From Eledone cirrhosa (taxonomy: Eukaryota): a stretch of 64,000 nucleotides of DNA. The notes below the pieces were generated by a model. It was not told where the DNA came from, searched no databases, and was given only the letters and a program-made list of their open reading frames with translations. The stretch covers positions 170,190,001 through 170,254,000 of the forward strand of contig OZ024741.1 of the NCBI GenBank assembly GCA_964016885.1, in the 5' to 3' direction. Below, in pieces: positions 14,301 to 28,251 of this stretch; the stretch's first letter is position 1, and each line of letters begins with the position of its first letter. Position numbers and translations under genes: made by a program.

Positions 14301-14769
14301 ATTGTTATACTTGGGGAGGGTCATATTGTTGTAGTAATATTGCCAGAAATAATAACAGAACACACTCACTGTTTGGTTGGTTTTCGCTTTTGTATCTTTT
14401 ATATGTCCACAGTTAATTAATTCGGTCATCAATGTTTATCATTGATTGACCAACGGTCAAAAATACAGATATAATATAGATATAAACATATATATAGTCT
14501 AACAAAGTTCTTTCGTTGCACATCTGCAACATCATCAGTGGTACTATTATGTTCCTCCTGTTGTATTGTATGTCTACGCCATTTTTATTTTATCTGTTTA
14601 TTTATTTATTTACTTATTTTTGTCTTCTTCTCTACGCATGCGTTTGCGTGTGTGTATAGTATTTGGTGTGTCTTCGCGTTTGGGTGACTGTGTTTTGGTT
14701 ATTGTATTCTATCTTAGTTTACTAGTGTGTGTTTATATGTGTTTGTTGTTATTGTGCTTGTGTATATAT

Positions 14770-14808
<39 letters not shown>

Positions 14809-15700
14809 TATATTTATATTTCTCTTAAGTCAGTATTGTTTGTTTGGGTGTTGTTATTCCATTCATTTTTTCTGTTTAGATTTGGCCTTCTAAGCTTTAT
14901 TTCCGCTTGCCTCTCTGATTTGCCTATCTGCTGGGTCATTTCTATGTTTAGATATTATTTTAATTTCTATGTTATCTATGTTACCGTCATCTTGTTGTCT
15001 GTCGTGTTCGTATAGTACTGAACCATTTTTTCATCCTTTTAATTCCCCCCAGTGGTGGTCTATCCGTTCTCCTATGCTTCGAACTGTCTCGCCTATGTAT
15101 GTTGTTGTCATGTTTCTGCAAGTACCCTCTGTACATCTTATGCTATGACTACGTTTCTAGTTTTACAGTTTACCTGGGAGTTTACTTTACATATAACACA
15201 TTTCCTATTAGTACAGTGGGTTTTCTTAAAAGGGTATGTTTCGCTGATCAAGGATTTTATGGTAGTTCCTGGCTTTTCTACAACTTTAATCTTTAAGTGG
15301 GTCTTTCTCAGGGCCTTCCTATACTGGTTAGCTAATTTCCCTCCAGGGAACATGACACTCTGGTATCTCTGGTTGTCGTACCATGAGGTGGCTTTCCCTA
15401 TCTTATGTTTAGTCCTTTGCTCCTGTATAATGGGCAAATTCCTTTCATGTCCAGTTATATGAACTGTGTTTATATCTATATTATATCTGTATTTTTGACC
15501 GTTGGTCAGTCAATGATAAACATTGAGGACCGAATGAATTAACTATGGAGATTTTAAATATACAGAAGCGAAAACCAACCAAAACAGTGAGTGCGTCCTG
15601 TTATTATTTCTGGAAATAGTATTACAACAATATAACTCTCCCCAAGTATAACAATATTTGTTTCGACACACAATTTAATATCAAAAACCTCGCAAAACAA
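14301..15700 (-). mobile_element. 5'-truncated PLE (family D-like): GIY-YIG remnant, 3' UTR, hammerhead (14500-14543) and inverted pLTR copy (15475-15657)
   Basis: ORF 15138..15437 KIKVVEKPGTTIKSLISETYPFKKTHCTNRKCVICK..CKTRNVV, then frameshifted TYIGETVRSIGERID. 14301-14485 mirrors 15475-15657. Hammerhead CTGATGA-T-GTTGCA(GATG)TGCAAC-GAAA. Confidence 0.85.
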
Positions 15701-16166
15701 ATATATATATATATATAAAACATGAGAAGAAAGAAGAAGACTGCGTGGTTGCACATGGGTTACATATGATAAAAAAAGTCCTTCGTCAGTGATTTTCCAA
15801 CAATCATAGATATTTCATCGCATTAAAAATCATATACCTCAGGTTGGTGCGAGCAATAGCTAAATAAAGCTATTGGAACAAGTAAATCGCGTAAAGCAAG
15901 TGAGACAAGTAAACAACATAGAAGGATGAAAGCAACGCAAAGATAGGAATAAACAAGCAACATGGTTATCCGGTCAGCATAAGATGGGTGGATTTCATGA
16001 GCGATCGAGATACAGACCGTCCGACGTGAGTGAGATGTGAGCAAGAAGAGAACTCACTACAAGCCAAACGGGAGGAAGTGAGAAGGGGAGAAACAGAGAG
16101 TGAGTGAGTGGAATATATATATATATATATACATGTATATATACAATACGGGTGGAAACATAATAG

Positions 16167-16210
16167 TACCACTGATGATGTCACAGATGTGTGACGAAAG
16201 AAATTTGATA
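16167..16210 (+). ncRNA. Hammerhead motif in a family D-like pLTR (about 16140-16385)
   Basis: TACCA-CTGATGA-T-GTCACA(GATG)TGTGAC-GAAA-GAAATT-TGATA. Stem II covaries with the 14500 copy. Confidence 0.7.
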
Positions 16211-16379
16211 GACTATATCTATATTCATATCTGTATTTTTTTAATCGTTGGTCAATCAATGATAAACATTGATTGCCAGATAAATTAACTAAGGAGAAAT
16301 AAATGATAGAGAAGCGAAAACCAATCCAAACCAACCAGCGGGTATGTTTTATTATTATTTTTGGCAATATGATACTCCC

Positions 16380-16435
<56 letters not shown>

Positions 16436-16733
16436 AGGTGAGTTTTATTGTAGTACAATAAAGCAATGCAGATATCGGATAAGAAGCACTCTACAGTTTG
16501 TAGGACTGGAGTATACATAATATATAAGATCAAAAGATGGTTAAATGAGTTCCATGTATTTTATTATGCGCATTTCAAAAACAAATATCATCATGCAATA
16601 ACATTTGTGTTTTCATCAGATAAAATAGGAGGACATATGTTTTCTATCTGCTTGCATAAATTCCACAGAACTTTCCATAACGTTTACAGCTAATATCCTA
16701 AACTTTATCAATTCAGAATCCTTTTCTCAAAGG

Positions 16734-16808
<75 letters not shown>

Positions 16809-17162
16809 TTCTTTAAAAATATACCCATTTTTCTACCTTATTTCAAAGTTATTTATCATATTCTATATCATTCCTATTCATCACTTCCCTTTCTTCCTTT
16901 TCCTTTTCTTTTCTTTTTCTTTTAATTTCTAACCCCTAATCTGTACCTTTTTTCTCACTGTGCCTAACATAGAAACAATTATTACACAATACACTATATT
17001 CTTACTTTATATCACCTTGAAAAAATCCTTCGTAAACATAAACATTTTTTTTTGACGTTCGATTATTCATCCTCTATTCATTATTTTTTTCTCACTTTCA
17101 TCTAACTTATTCATGCTCATCTCACAATATATCCTTACTTACATTACTTCTGTTTTTTTAAT

Positions 17163-17330
17163 AATACATATCAACATTTTCTTTCCATCGCACATATTAT
17201 TAAACCCTTAAAATTATTCTTAATACATATTAACATTTTCTTTCCATCGCACATATTATTAAACCCTTAAATATTATTCTTAATACATATTAACAATTTC
17301 TTTTCATCGCACATATTATTAAACCCTTCA
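17163..17330 (+). repeat. Three tandem copies of a ~60-bp unit
   Basis: AATACATAT.AACATTTTCTTTCCATCGCACATATTATTAAACCCTT starting at about 17163, 17222 and 17282. Confidence 0.85.
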
Positions 17331-17685
17331 ATATACAAACCTTAACTTTACATTATTTTTCTCTTCGTTAATTTTCAAATTCTTTTAATTTATACATTAT
17401 CTTCCAACGCTTTTTCAACCTCTCTATGTAAAACAATATATTTTTCTCAGTTATAAAAGCTATCTCTCTCTCTCTATCACCCATCTCTCCTCCTATCTCA
17501 TCCTTCCTCATTATACTCCTCCCCCTCCACTTTTTACTCTCATCCCCTCCTCTTTTTCATCCTCCCCCCCCCCTCAAACATTATTTTTTCCCCCAATGTC
17601 ACACATTAATCTAAAACTACTTTTCATCATATGTTGATTTAAAACTGCACTATCCACAAGTGTTTTTAACCTTCATATCATGTCC

Positions 17686-17756
17686 TATTTTATCTGATGA
17701 AAACACAAATGTTATTGCACGATGATATTTGTTTTTGAAATGCGCATAATAAAATA
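17686..17756 (+). ncRNA. Minimal type I hammerhead ribozyme with palindromic stem III
   Basis: Stem I TATTTTAT/ATAAAATA; CTGATGA (17694-17700); long stem II ACAAATGTTATT..GATGATATTTGT; GAAA; TGCGCA; triplet ATA. A mirror copy lies at 16557-16627. Confidence 0.85.
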
Positions 17757-17786
17757 CATGGAACTCATTTAACCATCTTTTGATCT

Positions 17787-17821
<35 letters not shown>

Positions 17822-17827
<6 letters not shown>

Positions 17828-17900
17828 TGTAATAAACAACGTAAGATAATTATTTCATTTAGAATGAAATAATTATCTTATGTTGTTTATTACATAACTA
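17822..17900. repeat. Palindrome built from a hammerhead 3' half
   Basis: TAGTTATGTAATAAACAAC.TAAGATAATTATTTCATT(tag)AATGAAATAATTATCTTA.GTTGTTTATTACATAACTA. It contains GAAA-TAATTA-TC. Confidence 0.7.
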
Positions 17901-18065
17901 AAACGCTCTGTAGCCTACATAGAGCGCTCTCTTTTCCTTTACCTTTCCTACGGAAATACTTCATTTATATATATATATATATATACATATATATATACAT
18001 ATATATGTACACACATAGACACACACATACACACACACGCACACACATATATATATATATATATA

Positions 18066-18144
<79 letters not shown>

Positions 18145-18319
18145 GGAGAGAGAGAGAGAGAAAGAGAGAGAGGTAGAACACTGTAAGGTAATATCCGTAG
18201 TGGTAGAGCACTCAGTCCATGTGACGAGTTTGGTAGAAGTATTACACAACTGCCAAGGGTATAAAGCTATACTCTCCAACCCCAGTAAGGAATTTGAATA
18301 TTGCACACGACTACGAAGT

Positions 18320-20260
18320 AACAGAGACCTGAGACTTAACGGCAATAGAATAGCAGGAACCCCCCACGACAAATACGCCTGACCAAAACACACCCACGCC
18401 ACCACCAAACCACAACAACCACACTAAACTCCATGAAGCCCGAAGTAGACCTGTGACATGGTAAAACGCCCCGTTCTCTATACACGTTGCCACCAATATA
18501 CCGGGAACCTTCTTCAGAGCCCTGGAACAATCCTTCCCACCCACACATAAATACCACAAGCTCTTTAATAGACACTCTGTCAAATTCTCCTTCTCCACAA
18601 CACCAAATCTAGGCGACAGGATAGCACACACAAATAGGACAAAAATACGCAAACACATGATAGCACTACAACCAACCACTAGCACAACCCAAAACGAAAC
18701 AACACAGACGACACAACACAGCAACCTACATGCCAGCTCCACACAGAATACAAACAACCGGCAACGACACAACAAACCCATAACCCCCAACTGCAACTGC
18801 AAAAAGCAGGTAGAATGCCGATTAAACGGGAAGTGCCTCGTTAAAAACATTATTTACCGGCCGAAAAGAGTACTCCTACATAGAGGCGACCTCGACTACG
18901 TTTAAGGAGCGCTGGTATAACCACAATAGATCCTTCAAATACAGGCCAAAACGATCCCAAACAATACTGGCGGACTTGATCTGGGACCTCAAAGACAAGA
19001 CGTGTGGCCCAACTCCGCAACGACAGAAACCACTGCAGGTTATGCGTAGCCGAATTGGCTGAGATCATTAAATTGAAATCGGCCATTAACTCAAGATCTG
19101 ACATAATAATAAACTGCATACACACCAGGATGTCTACCTTCCGTGCACAAGCATTCGGCCGAGGGCCACCCATTAACCCTGACTCAACATAGGGATAATC
19201 TCCTTTGCCTTGCCACACCGTACCTCATCTCAGTACATTTGTCTTCTCTAACATGTAACCCATTGTAAGATCAGATCTTGTAATTATCATGTAGCACCCA
19301 TCACCCGACCACCACCAACACCACCACCAACAAACACATCGCCATACATCCCTAATCACACTACCATTGTGTTCTATGCGTTTTCTCTGTCAGGTTTTAA
19401 CTTGTAATACATCGTAACATCCGATCCTGTAAATATCATGTCGAACAAATCACCCCCCCACCTCCACCACCTCCAAACACATCGCCATACAACCACCATC
19501 CCCCATTGCAGTACCATTGTTTTCTCCGTCACTTTTTAACCAATAAGCCATCGTAAAATTCGATCCTGTAAATATCATGTCGCACCCACCAACACCACCA
19601 CCACCACCACCAGGCACATCGCCATACTTCCACAGCCATCAACATCACCAACACATATCATCCCTCCCTAAGCAACGCATGTGTGTAAGCATGTTTGTAC
19701 AACCGCCATCCCCACGGGCTATATATATATATATTTGTCAGACTACGTGTGTCTAGATATGTATCTCCTTATAGAATTGAGCCGCCTTAACAACCCACGA
19801 TCACAATCATCACACCACCATAAACACTGCAACCTTTCATCTTTATCACAAACAACAACACCACACATAACAATCTGCCACATCTACATGCCAAACTATC
19901 TACCGACAACCAGCACCCTCACATCACCACCCATTTCAACCTTCGACCTTCACCCCCAACTTATCATCACACCCACCCCCACATACACTACAGGCAAAAA
20001 CATCCCTATCGATTAATCCACCAATCAAAACAAACTTTACTGACCACCGTAGGTACTTCTGACTTTATCATACAGCATGTATTCATTTTTCCATTAACAT
20101 TATAAGGGTTCTGACGTGCCGCGTATTACAGAGTCGGGTCAGATCAATACAGATCGATACAGATCTAACCTTGAGCTGATCAGTGGCGAAACGCGCACCA
20201 CCAACCAATAAACGTAATGAAGGAGTAACCAATCGTCCTTGTTATTTTATTTTACTATAT
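18320..20260 (+). mobile_element. Decayed PLE of the same group as the 9804-10787 ORF: RT end and GIY-YIG, 3' UTR with three ~145-bp repeats, degraded hammerhead at about 20105-20200
   Basis: Plus-strand frames give NAPFSIHVATNI, SFPPTHKYHKLFNRHSVKFSFSTTPNL, CNCKKQVECRLNGKCLVKNIIYR, TTFKERWYNHNRSF and CRLCVAELAEII..INSRSDIIINCIH. The 3' motif is CTGACGT-GCCGC..GTGGC-GAAA-CGCG. Confidence 0.85.
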
Positions 20261-20427
20261 ATATATATTTATTAAAATAACAGATTAAAGTTTAAGCAAA
20301 GAATCGCTGCTTTCACCCTTAACGGGATCTTCTGAAACTAATATTTGCTCTACGGTTCTTATATATTTGATATATATTTATCCTTATTGAGCCCTCTTTG
20401 AATTTTAGTCTTCAAATTTATTATTAT

Positions 20428-20468
<41 letters not shown>

Positions 20469-20473
<5 letters not shown>

Positions 20474-20604
20474 GTGGTTACACAACAGTTAGTTCACCAT
20501 ACCGAGAACAATTGTTTCACCTTAGCGGATCCTCATCTCAGGATCCGCTAAAGTAAAACAATTGTTCTCGGTATGGTGAACTAACTGTTGTGTAACCACT
20601 TCTA
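20469..20604. repeat. Near-perfect 135-bp palindrome built from a hammerhead 3' half
   Basis: TAGAAGTGGTTACACAACAGTTAGTTCACCATACCGAGAACAATTGTTTCAC mirrored around GGATCCT..AGGATCC. The minus strand of the left arm reads GAAAC-AATT-GTT-CTCGG. Confidence 0.8.
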
Positions 20605-20665
20605 CCTAACTCGTCCCATAGACTGAGTCATATACCACTACAGATATTACCTTCCAGTGTTCTAC

Positions 20666-20743
<78 letters not shown>

Positions 20744-21427
20744 GGGGTAACAAATTATTGTTATAGGTAGTCCACTTAAGTGTAGTCCAGTTATGGTACT
20801 CCGGGTAGTGGATGATATCAACGCTTGGCTAAGTTTGACTCAACAAGGCGTTTCAATAGTGATGCAGCGAGTACGCTGTAATTCCTATGTTGTAAACACT
20901 TGGAGTAATGATAAATCAGGAAAGAAGAGTAACACGGTTTGCTATACAAAAAAGGTTTTTAATCTCATTGCTGACAATTGTATCTCTGAACTGGTAGGTC
21001 TAGAGATCGCTACCCGCTTATTTTCACGTTATTCGATCACCAATACAAAGTTATAACCAGTGAATTCATCGGAGCTTCTTTCCTGATATATATATATATA
21101 TAAAGAAAAAAAGATGAAATCGAAAATGCAACTGGAGTCTTATTTAAAAAAAATATATATATTTATTTGGTTCCTTTACCGGTTTCGCAGTTCTTCTGCT
21201 GTTCAAAAGTAGAGTTGAGATGGAGGGTCTGTGGTTTTTCTCTCAGATGTTAAACATTTTTTTTTAGGAACATTTTTAAGAAAAAAATTTTTAATTTATG
21301 ATAAATTGGAATGAAAGCACTTGGTGCGTGTGTTTCTTATTGGCAACATCACCCTCACAAAGTATAACAATATCGATTTCAACACACGTTTTCAGATAAG
21401 GAATCTTGCTAAACAAATTCAGAAACG

Positions 21428-21481
<54 letters not shown>

Positions 21482-21520
21482 TATATTAATAAATGGAAAC
21501 TATATTTATAAAACCATATT

Positions 21521-21585
21521 TATTTTATTATATATATTTCAAGGGCAACCAACGCAATTATGGAGCGCTTTCATCAGATAAAATA
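21521..21585 (-). ncRNA. Minimal type I hammerhead ribozyme
   Basis: Minus strand TATTTTAT-CTGATGA-AAGCGC..GCCCTT-GAAA-TATATA-TA-ATAAAATA. Stem I is the same as at 17686, while stems II and III differ. Confidence 0.8.
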
Positions 21586-22776
21586 CAGATTTGTTTTATA
21601 ACTAAATATTGACATACCAGGAAAAAAAGACAACCTTAACGGTTGGAGCTTCCTGGATAGTGGAGATAGTGATACAAAATTATTAGTGAGTATGCAAATG
21701 AGTGTTCGAAAGGTTGAAAAGATAACGGTTTATTTAAATTAAACTGTTAGAAGAAGATGATATGTAAGGGAGAGAGAAAAAAATAAAAAAATGAAAAAAA
21801 GAAAGGAGAAAGAAAGCAGAGGAAAGAAAGAACGATTATATATATTGATAGTGAAAATAGAGTGCATGAAGAGCTAAATATAGACAGCGTAAGTATATCT
21901 AAAAGAGAGAAGAAATGAGAATAACGTGGTAGAATAATATTTATAATGCAGGATTCATTACGTTTTGATTATAATACTTATAATGATAGGTTGAAAAATT
22001 AGATTAAAATTAAATTAAATTAAAATTAAAAATTAGAAATCAAAATTAAAGATTAAAATTTACCTTAATATTAAAGATTTAATTTAATAATTTACTATTA
22101 ATAATTAGTTTAAATGTTTAGGATTATAAATTATTTAAATAGTATTTTACATTAGAGCAAAACTAATATAGTTTATTTTATTAAAAGTTGTAAGTCAAAA
22201 TTTAAACATCCAAATAATTCTAAATTTATGAAAAATTTACGAGAGTTTACAAAAGAATAACCACTTAGTTATATTATAAAAACAGTAAGGAAGTGTAAAG
22301 GAAGTTAGAAGTGATTTTTTAAGAACTCAGATGACTCTAACGATTAAATGTTATAAAGTTAAAAGTAAAAATTTTTTTTATCTTAAGAATATAATAAAAA
22401 CATGAACCATATATTATTTTATACGAAGTCATAAATTTACTTGCTATAAAGTTAAAACATTAACATTAAAATTAAAACATAAAAAAAATTTATCTTAAGA
22501 ATATATTTAAAGCATAACCATAGGTTATTCCATATATATATAAAAATCATATATATAAAAATCATATGTTTTTTCACATATATATAAACATTAAAACGTT
22601 TGGAGATATAAAAATATAAAAATATAAAAATATTGTAAGGTATGAAAATAATGGTTTTTCTATATCTTTCAAAGGAATTTTCAAAAAACCTTCCGTAAGT
22701 TTTTCAAGAAAAATTTTTTTTCTTAAGGAATTTCGACCAGTCATATAAAAAAAATTATAATCTATCAATAGGTGTA

Positions 22777-22958
22777 ATAATTGTTTCTACTTTAGGCACA
22801 AGGCCAGCAATCACCCAGTGCATTACTGGTACTTTATTTTATCGACCCCGTAAGGATGAAAGGCAAAGTCAACCTCGGAGGGATTTGAACTCAGATCGTA
22901 AAGGGACGTAACTATGCTGGAAAGCATGGCGTCCGACCCTCTACCGATACTGCCAATC
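22777..22958 (-). mobile_element. tRNA-derived SINE
   Basis: Same family as 6663-6851. Confidence 0.9.
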
Positions 22959-23131
22959 CATGCCAATCCATCAATAGGTGTAATAATATAAAGTATATAG
23001 TATATATATGTGAAGTAGAGATATGAATCATATATAGATATAGAAGACATATATAACATTTTATATACTGTATATATTTAAAAGTTGAGTTTAAACGGTG
23101 TTTGCAGGAACTGAATAAATTATTTCTCAAA

Positions 23132-23175
<44 letters not shown>

Positions 23176-24062
23176 TGTATGTAATTATGCATTATGTATG
23201 TATATTTTTTCCATTTATGATACAGTAATGTAAGAATCTATAAGCATAGACAGACAGCTCCTTACATGAGAATAGGTAAACATTTCTCCAAGGAAGCGAT
23301 ACTGTGCAAAAGTAGACAACGACTTCGCTTTACGTGTAAACATTACCTCTTGTCCGGGCATGATACAGGTGTTGATTTTATCTCGTTTATCATTGCGCCT
23401 GCATCGTGGAAAGTCTCTAGAGGGATGTATTTTTATAAATATATACAATACATCTAGTATTTATAGTATATGCGTGCAGTGGTTGGTGAAGCAGGCACAT
23501 ACATGAATTGCGTTTTCAGTAGTTTATTCAGATCACGCTAACCTAAATTGTAAATTCTGTTTATCATAGAAATGCGGGAAAAGGAGGTAATTACATATAA
23601 CGAATTTCTATATCTTCTTCATGTCACGCTTTGTGAACATAAAAATGGAAAAACATATTGAACAATAGAGTGAATGGTATACAACGCTGAAATATGTTTG
23701 ATGATAAGTGTGTTGGATCAGAACTGAACTGGGGTTAATAAAAAATAACAACAAAATCAACAACAATCACTACAAAAAAAATACATCAATAACATTAATA
23801 ATTATGGTACCATACTATAGACTTTGGTAACATTTTCAACACAGGCTTTGTTCACACGCAACCTAAAAATCTCTTATGAATATGTTAACTGCTACGATGA
23901 ATAGATGGCAGCGAATTGCTAGAGTTTCTAGTGTGTCTTGGAGGCCCTCTAATAAAGGATCATGAATGCTGTCTTTCACTTCTAGAAGGTAGCAGAAAAG
24001 AGAGTCTGAACGATCGTCCAATGGAATGGCGAAAATGTTGTTTCATGCAACATTAGTAACAA

Positions 24063-24518
24063 GGTATCGGTAGAGAGTCGGACGCCATGATTTGCAGCAT
24101 AGTTCAAATCCCGCCGAGGTTAACTTTGCCTTTCATACTTACGGGGTCGATAAAATAAAGTACCAGTAATGCACTGGATAAATTGCTGACCTTGTGCCAA
24201 AATTAGAAACAATTATTATACATATGGGGGAGCCACACTTACAACACTACATCATTTTCCCTATATTACACCTCCCAACTAGAACCATGGCAATACGCAA
24301 GGGGCTTCTATGTCTAACACACACTAATAGGTAGATTAGCAGTATCGGTAGAGGGTCGGACCTCATGCTTTGACGCATAGAGTTATGGTTCTTGCCATTC
24401 AGAGTTCAAATCCCGGCGAGGTTAACTTTGCCTTTCATCCTTACGGGGTCGATAAAATAAAGTACCAGTAATGCACTGGGTAATTGCTGGCTTTGTGCCA
24501 AATGGAGAAACAATTAAT
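24063..24518 (+). mobile_element. Two SINE copies (24063-24218 and 24330-24518)
   Basis: B box GTTCAAATCC, core and tail as in 6663-6851. Confidence 0.88.
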
Positions 24519-25045
24519 AATATAGCCAGAATCCCAACACTTCAAAAAGTACGGCTTCCTTTTCTGAGCATGGAAATACTTAAATTCTAAACGTAAACCA
24601 GATTCCGCCTCCAAAAGACTCAAGCGCCACTTATATACGCAAGGTGGCTTATATACTTGGAGTACAATTGCTGATATATACAAACATTCTAAAACTGAAC
24701 TCCCAATTTGCCATCCTAACTGAGTTGCAAACATTTAGTCACATCTACGTCACCACCAACGGGATGTATCTACAATCAACCTACAGGATAGGACTTATAA
24801 CATGCTTCTATTTGTATCACCTATAGAGTAGTGAAAAGCCAAACCCACCTCGAAACGATGAAAGGTGATGTTGACTCTGGCGGAAGTTGAACTCAGAATG
24901 TAAAAGTTCGTAACAAAATGTCACACGGCATATTGTCTGACATATTAATCGCTTCTGCCAAACTAACAATAAATGATAGAACGTTGAGGTGAAACCTAAA
25001 ACAAAACAATAAGAACAATATATATATATGAATATATATACATGT

Positions 25046-25159
<114 letters not shown>

Positions 25160-25243
25160 TAAGTTATACTCGGTTGAATCGGGGGTAACCACGTAAGTAA
25201 GGTACTCAATACATAGCAGAGTATAAATGTTTTAATATAGAAA

Positions 25244-25294
25244 AGCTTCTACAGGACTAGAACTGTTTCATTCATGAGAAATCATCAGGAAGCT
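25244..25294 (-). ncRNA. Family A hammerhead in a fold-back element (about 25165-25435), with a mutated mirror copy at 25373-25423
   Basis: AGCTTC-CTGATGA-TTTC(TCAT)GAAT-GAAA-CAG(TTCTAGTC)CTG-TA-GAAGCT. Stem I shows a compensatory change relative to AGATTC/GAATCT at 12646. Confidence 0.85.
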
Positions 25295-25431
25295 GGCTGT
25301 CCAGGTAAATGTGATGATATTTATATTTTTTCTTTTCTAGTGGTAGGAGAAGGTGGGGACCCCATCCCCGCCAGCTTCCTGATGATTTCTCATGAATGGA
25401 ACAGTTCTAGTCCCGTAGAAGCTTTTCTATA

Positions 25432-25465
<34 letters not shown>

Positions 25466-25466
<1 letters not shown>

Positions 25467-25681
25467 GGAAACGAGTCAAGATCCCGACGGCTGAGCTCCG
25501 GCCGTTTCCACAGCTAGATCCGAAGTAAAAAGGGTTCAGATCTAGCTGTCGAAACGGTCGGAGCTCACCCGTCGGGGCCCTGACTGTTTTCCTGTTACCC
25601 ACTCTATTACCCTCAGTATCGAGTATTCTGGCGCATTATGGTCCACCTGGTTTCTTACCACACTTTCTTTGTTGTTTTATG

Positions 25682-25757
<76 letters not shown>

Positions 25758-26115
25758 ACTGTTTCTACTTTAGGCATAAGGCCACCAATTACCCAGTGCA
25801 TTACTGGTACTTTATTTTTATCGACTCCGTAAGGATGAAAGGCAAAGTTAACCTCGGATTTGAACTCAGATCGTAAAGAGACGTAACTATGCTGGAAAAC
25901 ATGGCATCCGACCCTCTACCGATACTGCCAATATATAACAAGAACAAATAAGGTGTGGTAAGATACCAGAGTACTCAATACTTAGGGTAGTAGAATGGGT
26001 AATAGGAAAAGAGTCAGGACCACGATGGCTGAGCTCCGGCCATTTCACCAGCTAGAGTTCGGATCTAGCTGTCGAAACGGCCGGAGCTCAGCATTCGTGG
26101 TCCTGACTTTTCCTA
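25466..26115. mobile_element. Two family B fold-back remnants in opposite orientation flanking a SINE (25757-25931, minus)
   Basis: Palindromes 25467-25592 and 26004-26114 with GAAAC-GGYCGGAGCTCA..GTC/TTC, and tails as at 3199-3280. Confidence 0.75.
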
Positions 26116-26237
26116 TATATATATCAACATTTTGTAAGAGATAACAACATGAATGGACCTATTATTTTTTATCTAAAAACATTTTTTTTCCAATTCCATC
26201 CCGCCCGTCCCCTCAATCTATCTCATTTCTCATTCTT

Positions 26238-26273
26238 TCTTCTGATGAAGGAATATCATCCGAAACGTTAAGA
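26238..26273 (+). ncRNA. Very short minimal hammerhead motif
   Basis: TCTT-CTGATGA-AGGA(ATATCA)TCC-GAAA-CG-TT-AAGA. Confidence 0.65.
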
Positions 26274-26365
26274 CGCTCTTCCTGCTATATCAAGCGTTAA
26301 CCTAATATATCCCTTCCATATACTGTACCGATTGTGTTGTTATTTCTGTTTACCTTTTACACACA

Positions 26366-26450
<85 letters not shown>

Positions 26451-28013
26451 CACCTCAGCTGATCTTTTGATCGAACCATGAAACAAACATATACCATTTC
26501 TCTTGATTCACATGCGTGAGCTGCCATAGTACTAGATTTAAAGCTATTTCTTTAGGATGTGTTACACAGTGACCCTATATAGTTGAATTCAAGACATTTG
26601 TTTTCGGAGGAAATCACCAGGAAGTCACAGAATGTTTATATATTTTATTGGAGTGTGTGTGTTTATGTGTGTGTGTGTGTATGTGTGTGTGTGTGCGTGT
26701 GTTTCTGTTTGTGTACATGTATCTATGTATTATGGTGTATATGTATGCATGCTTAGTGAATGTTGTATAAGTGTGTGTGGCTCCTGTTTGTATGCATTTC
26801 TATGTCTAGGTTTGTATATCTATGTTTGTGTGATAAATATATATGTGTGGGTATGAGCTGTTTAATATGTCGAGAGGTTGGACTGCTATTTCTAGTGGAC
26901 GAGAACCCTCCATGTCGTTGTGGGTGCTAAAATCATATATTGATACCATGTGCGTTTAGCCACTTTCAGCCCTGTATTGAGTGAGATTAGGCGATTATGA
27001 AATTCCCTCACTGATGATCCGTTTCAAAATATCTAATTTCGCCGTTATTTGGTGAAATGTATTCTGATTCTGTGGAGAATCGTTATCAGGTATTTTGATC
27101 TTTATCAGGTATTTTGTTTTAATGTTGTTATTATATTTAATAAGATACTCAATAAATTATGTAATCTTACTTTCAGTGTAGTTTGTCTCTAGTTCTATGT
27201 TTTGATATGTCTTAGTGTACACTTAACTGTGTATGAATATATTTCATTCACTTTCTTATAGTGATTAAGGCTCGATTTTATTCTCTGAATTCTATCTTGA
27301 GCTGTTTTTAGAGACAAGACATATGTTTTATTTTGTATCATTCATGACACCCTTTGTTTTGAAAGTAATAATGATATGTATGGTTATATGCATATGAATG
27401 TGTGTGTGTGGGTGCATGTGCATGTGTGCCTGAGAGTGTATGTATGATGGCGTGTGACTATGTAACAATACAAAATGAAGCTTATTAACATATAAAGTAT
27501 AAAAAACCAACAATAATCACAATACCAACAACAAAATTAACAACATAACAAGACAATGAAAGAGAATAACGTACCCCATATTTTAATGGAATTATGCACG
27601 ATTCTAGAAGTGTGCCTCATTCTAAAACGTTTAGTAGTTTAGTCTGGGCTGGGTTCACAAAGATGGCTATCCTTAATGTTTCGTTTTCTTGAATTACATT
27701 AAATAATATGATCGATTTTAAGATGAAGAAAATTTAGCTAGTGTTACTATACAATGGCTATGCAGTAACTCCATATTTGTAGATGATGGTAGAACTAAAA
27801 CATTTAGGCAATGCAAGTTGAATTTAGCTCAATCACACAACTCATGTTCCTGTGTACTTCATCGCTTTAGGTTGTTGTCGTTCCGCCTTAGGTCAGCCCG
27901 GATCGAGGAATCCTAACTATGATCAAAAGCATTTCAGATTTCCCAATCTTTGTTCTTATGCGTAATGGATTCCGATGACATACATTATCCTACGAGCTTT
28001 TTCAGTTTAAGTC

Positions 28014-28155
28014 ATAATTGTTTCTACTTTAGGCACAAGGCAAACAAATATCCAGTACATTACTGGTACTTTATTTTATCGACCCCGTAAGGATGAAAGG
28101 CAAAGTTAACCTCAGCGGGATTTGAACTCAAACAGTAAAGGGACGTAACCATGCT
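28014..28155 (-). mobile_element. 5'-truncated SINE
   Basis: Core and tail of the same family. Confidence 0.85.
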
Positions 28156-28251
28156 AGAGTGAATTGATAATAATTTGGCTGATATTTATAAAAGGATATG
28201 TGACGATGTAGAAACACTCTCGATAGCAGGGGTAAGCGTGATCATCTAGGC

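Larger units (their letters stand above)
16520..17795. mobile_element. PLE remnant with about 110-bp inverted termini, each carrying a hammerhead
   Basis: 16520-16630 is the reverse complement of 17684-17795. Confidence 0.8.

Noticed and set aside
21700-22760. Very AT-rich stretch as a mitochondrial insertion
   Set aside because: No recognisable mitochondrial gene or tRNA is present. It adjoins the 21521 hammerhead and is more simply PLE UTR or low-complexity DNA.
27005-27090. CTGATGA hammerhead candidate
   Set aside because: I could not close convincing stems I and III.
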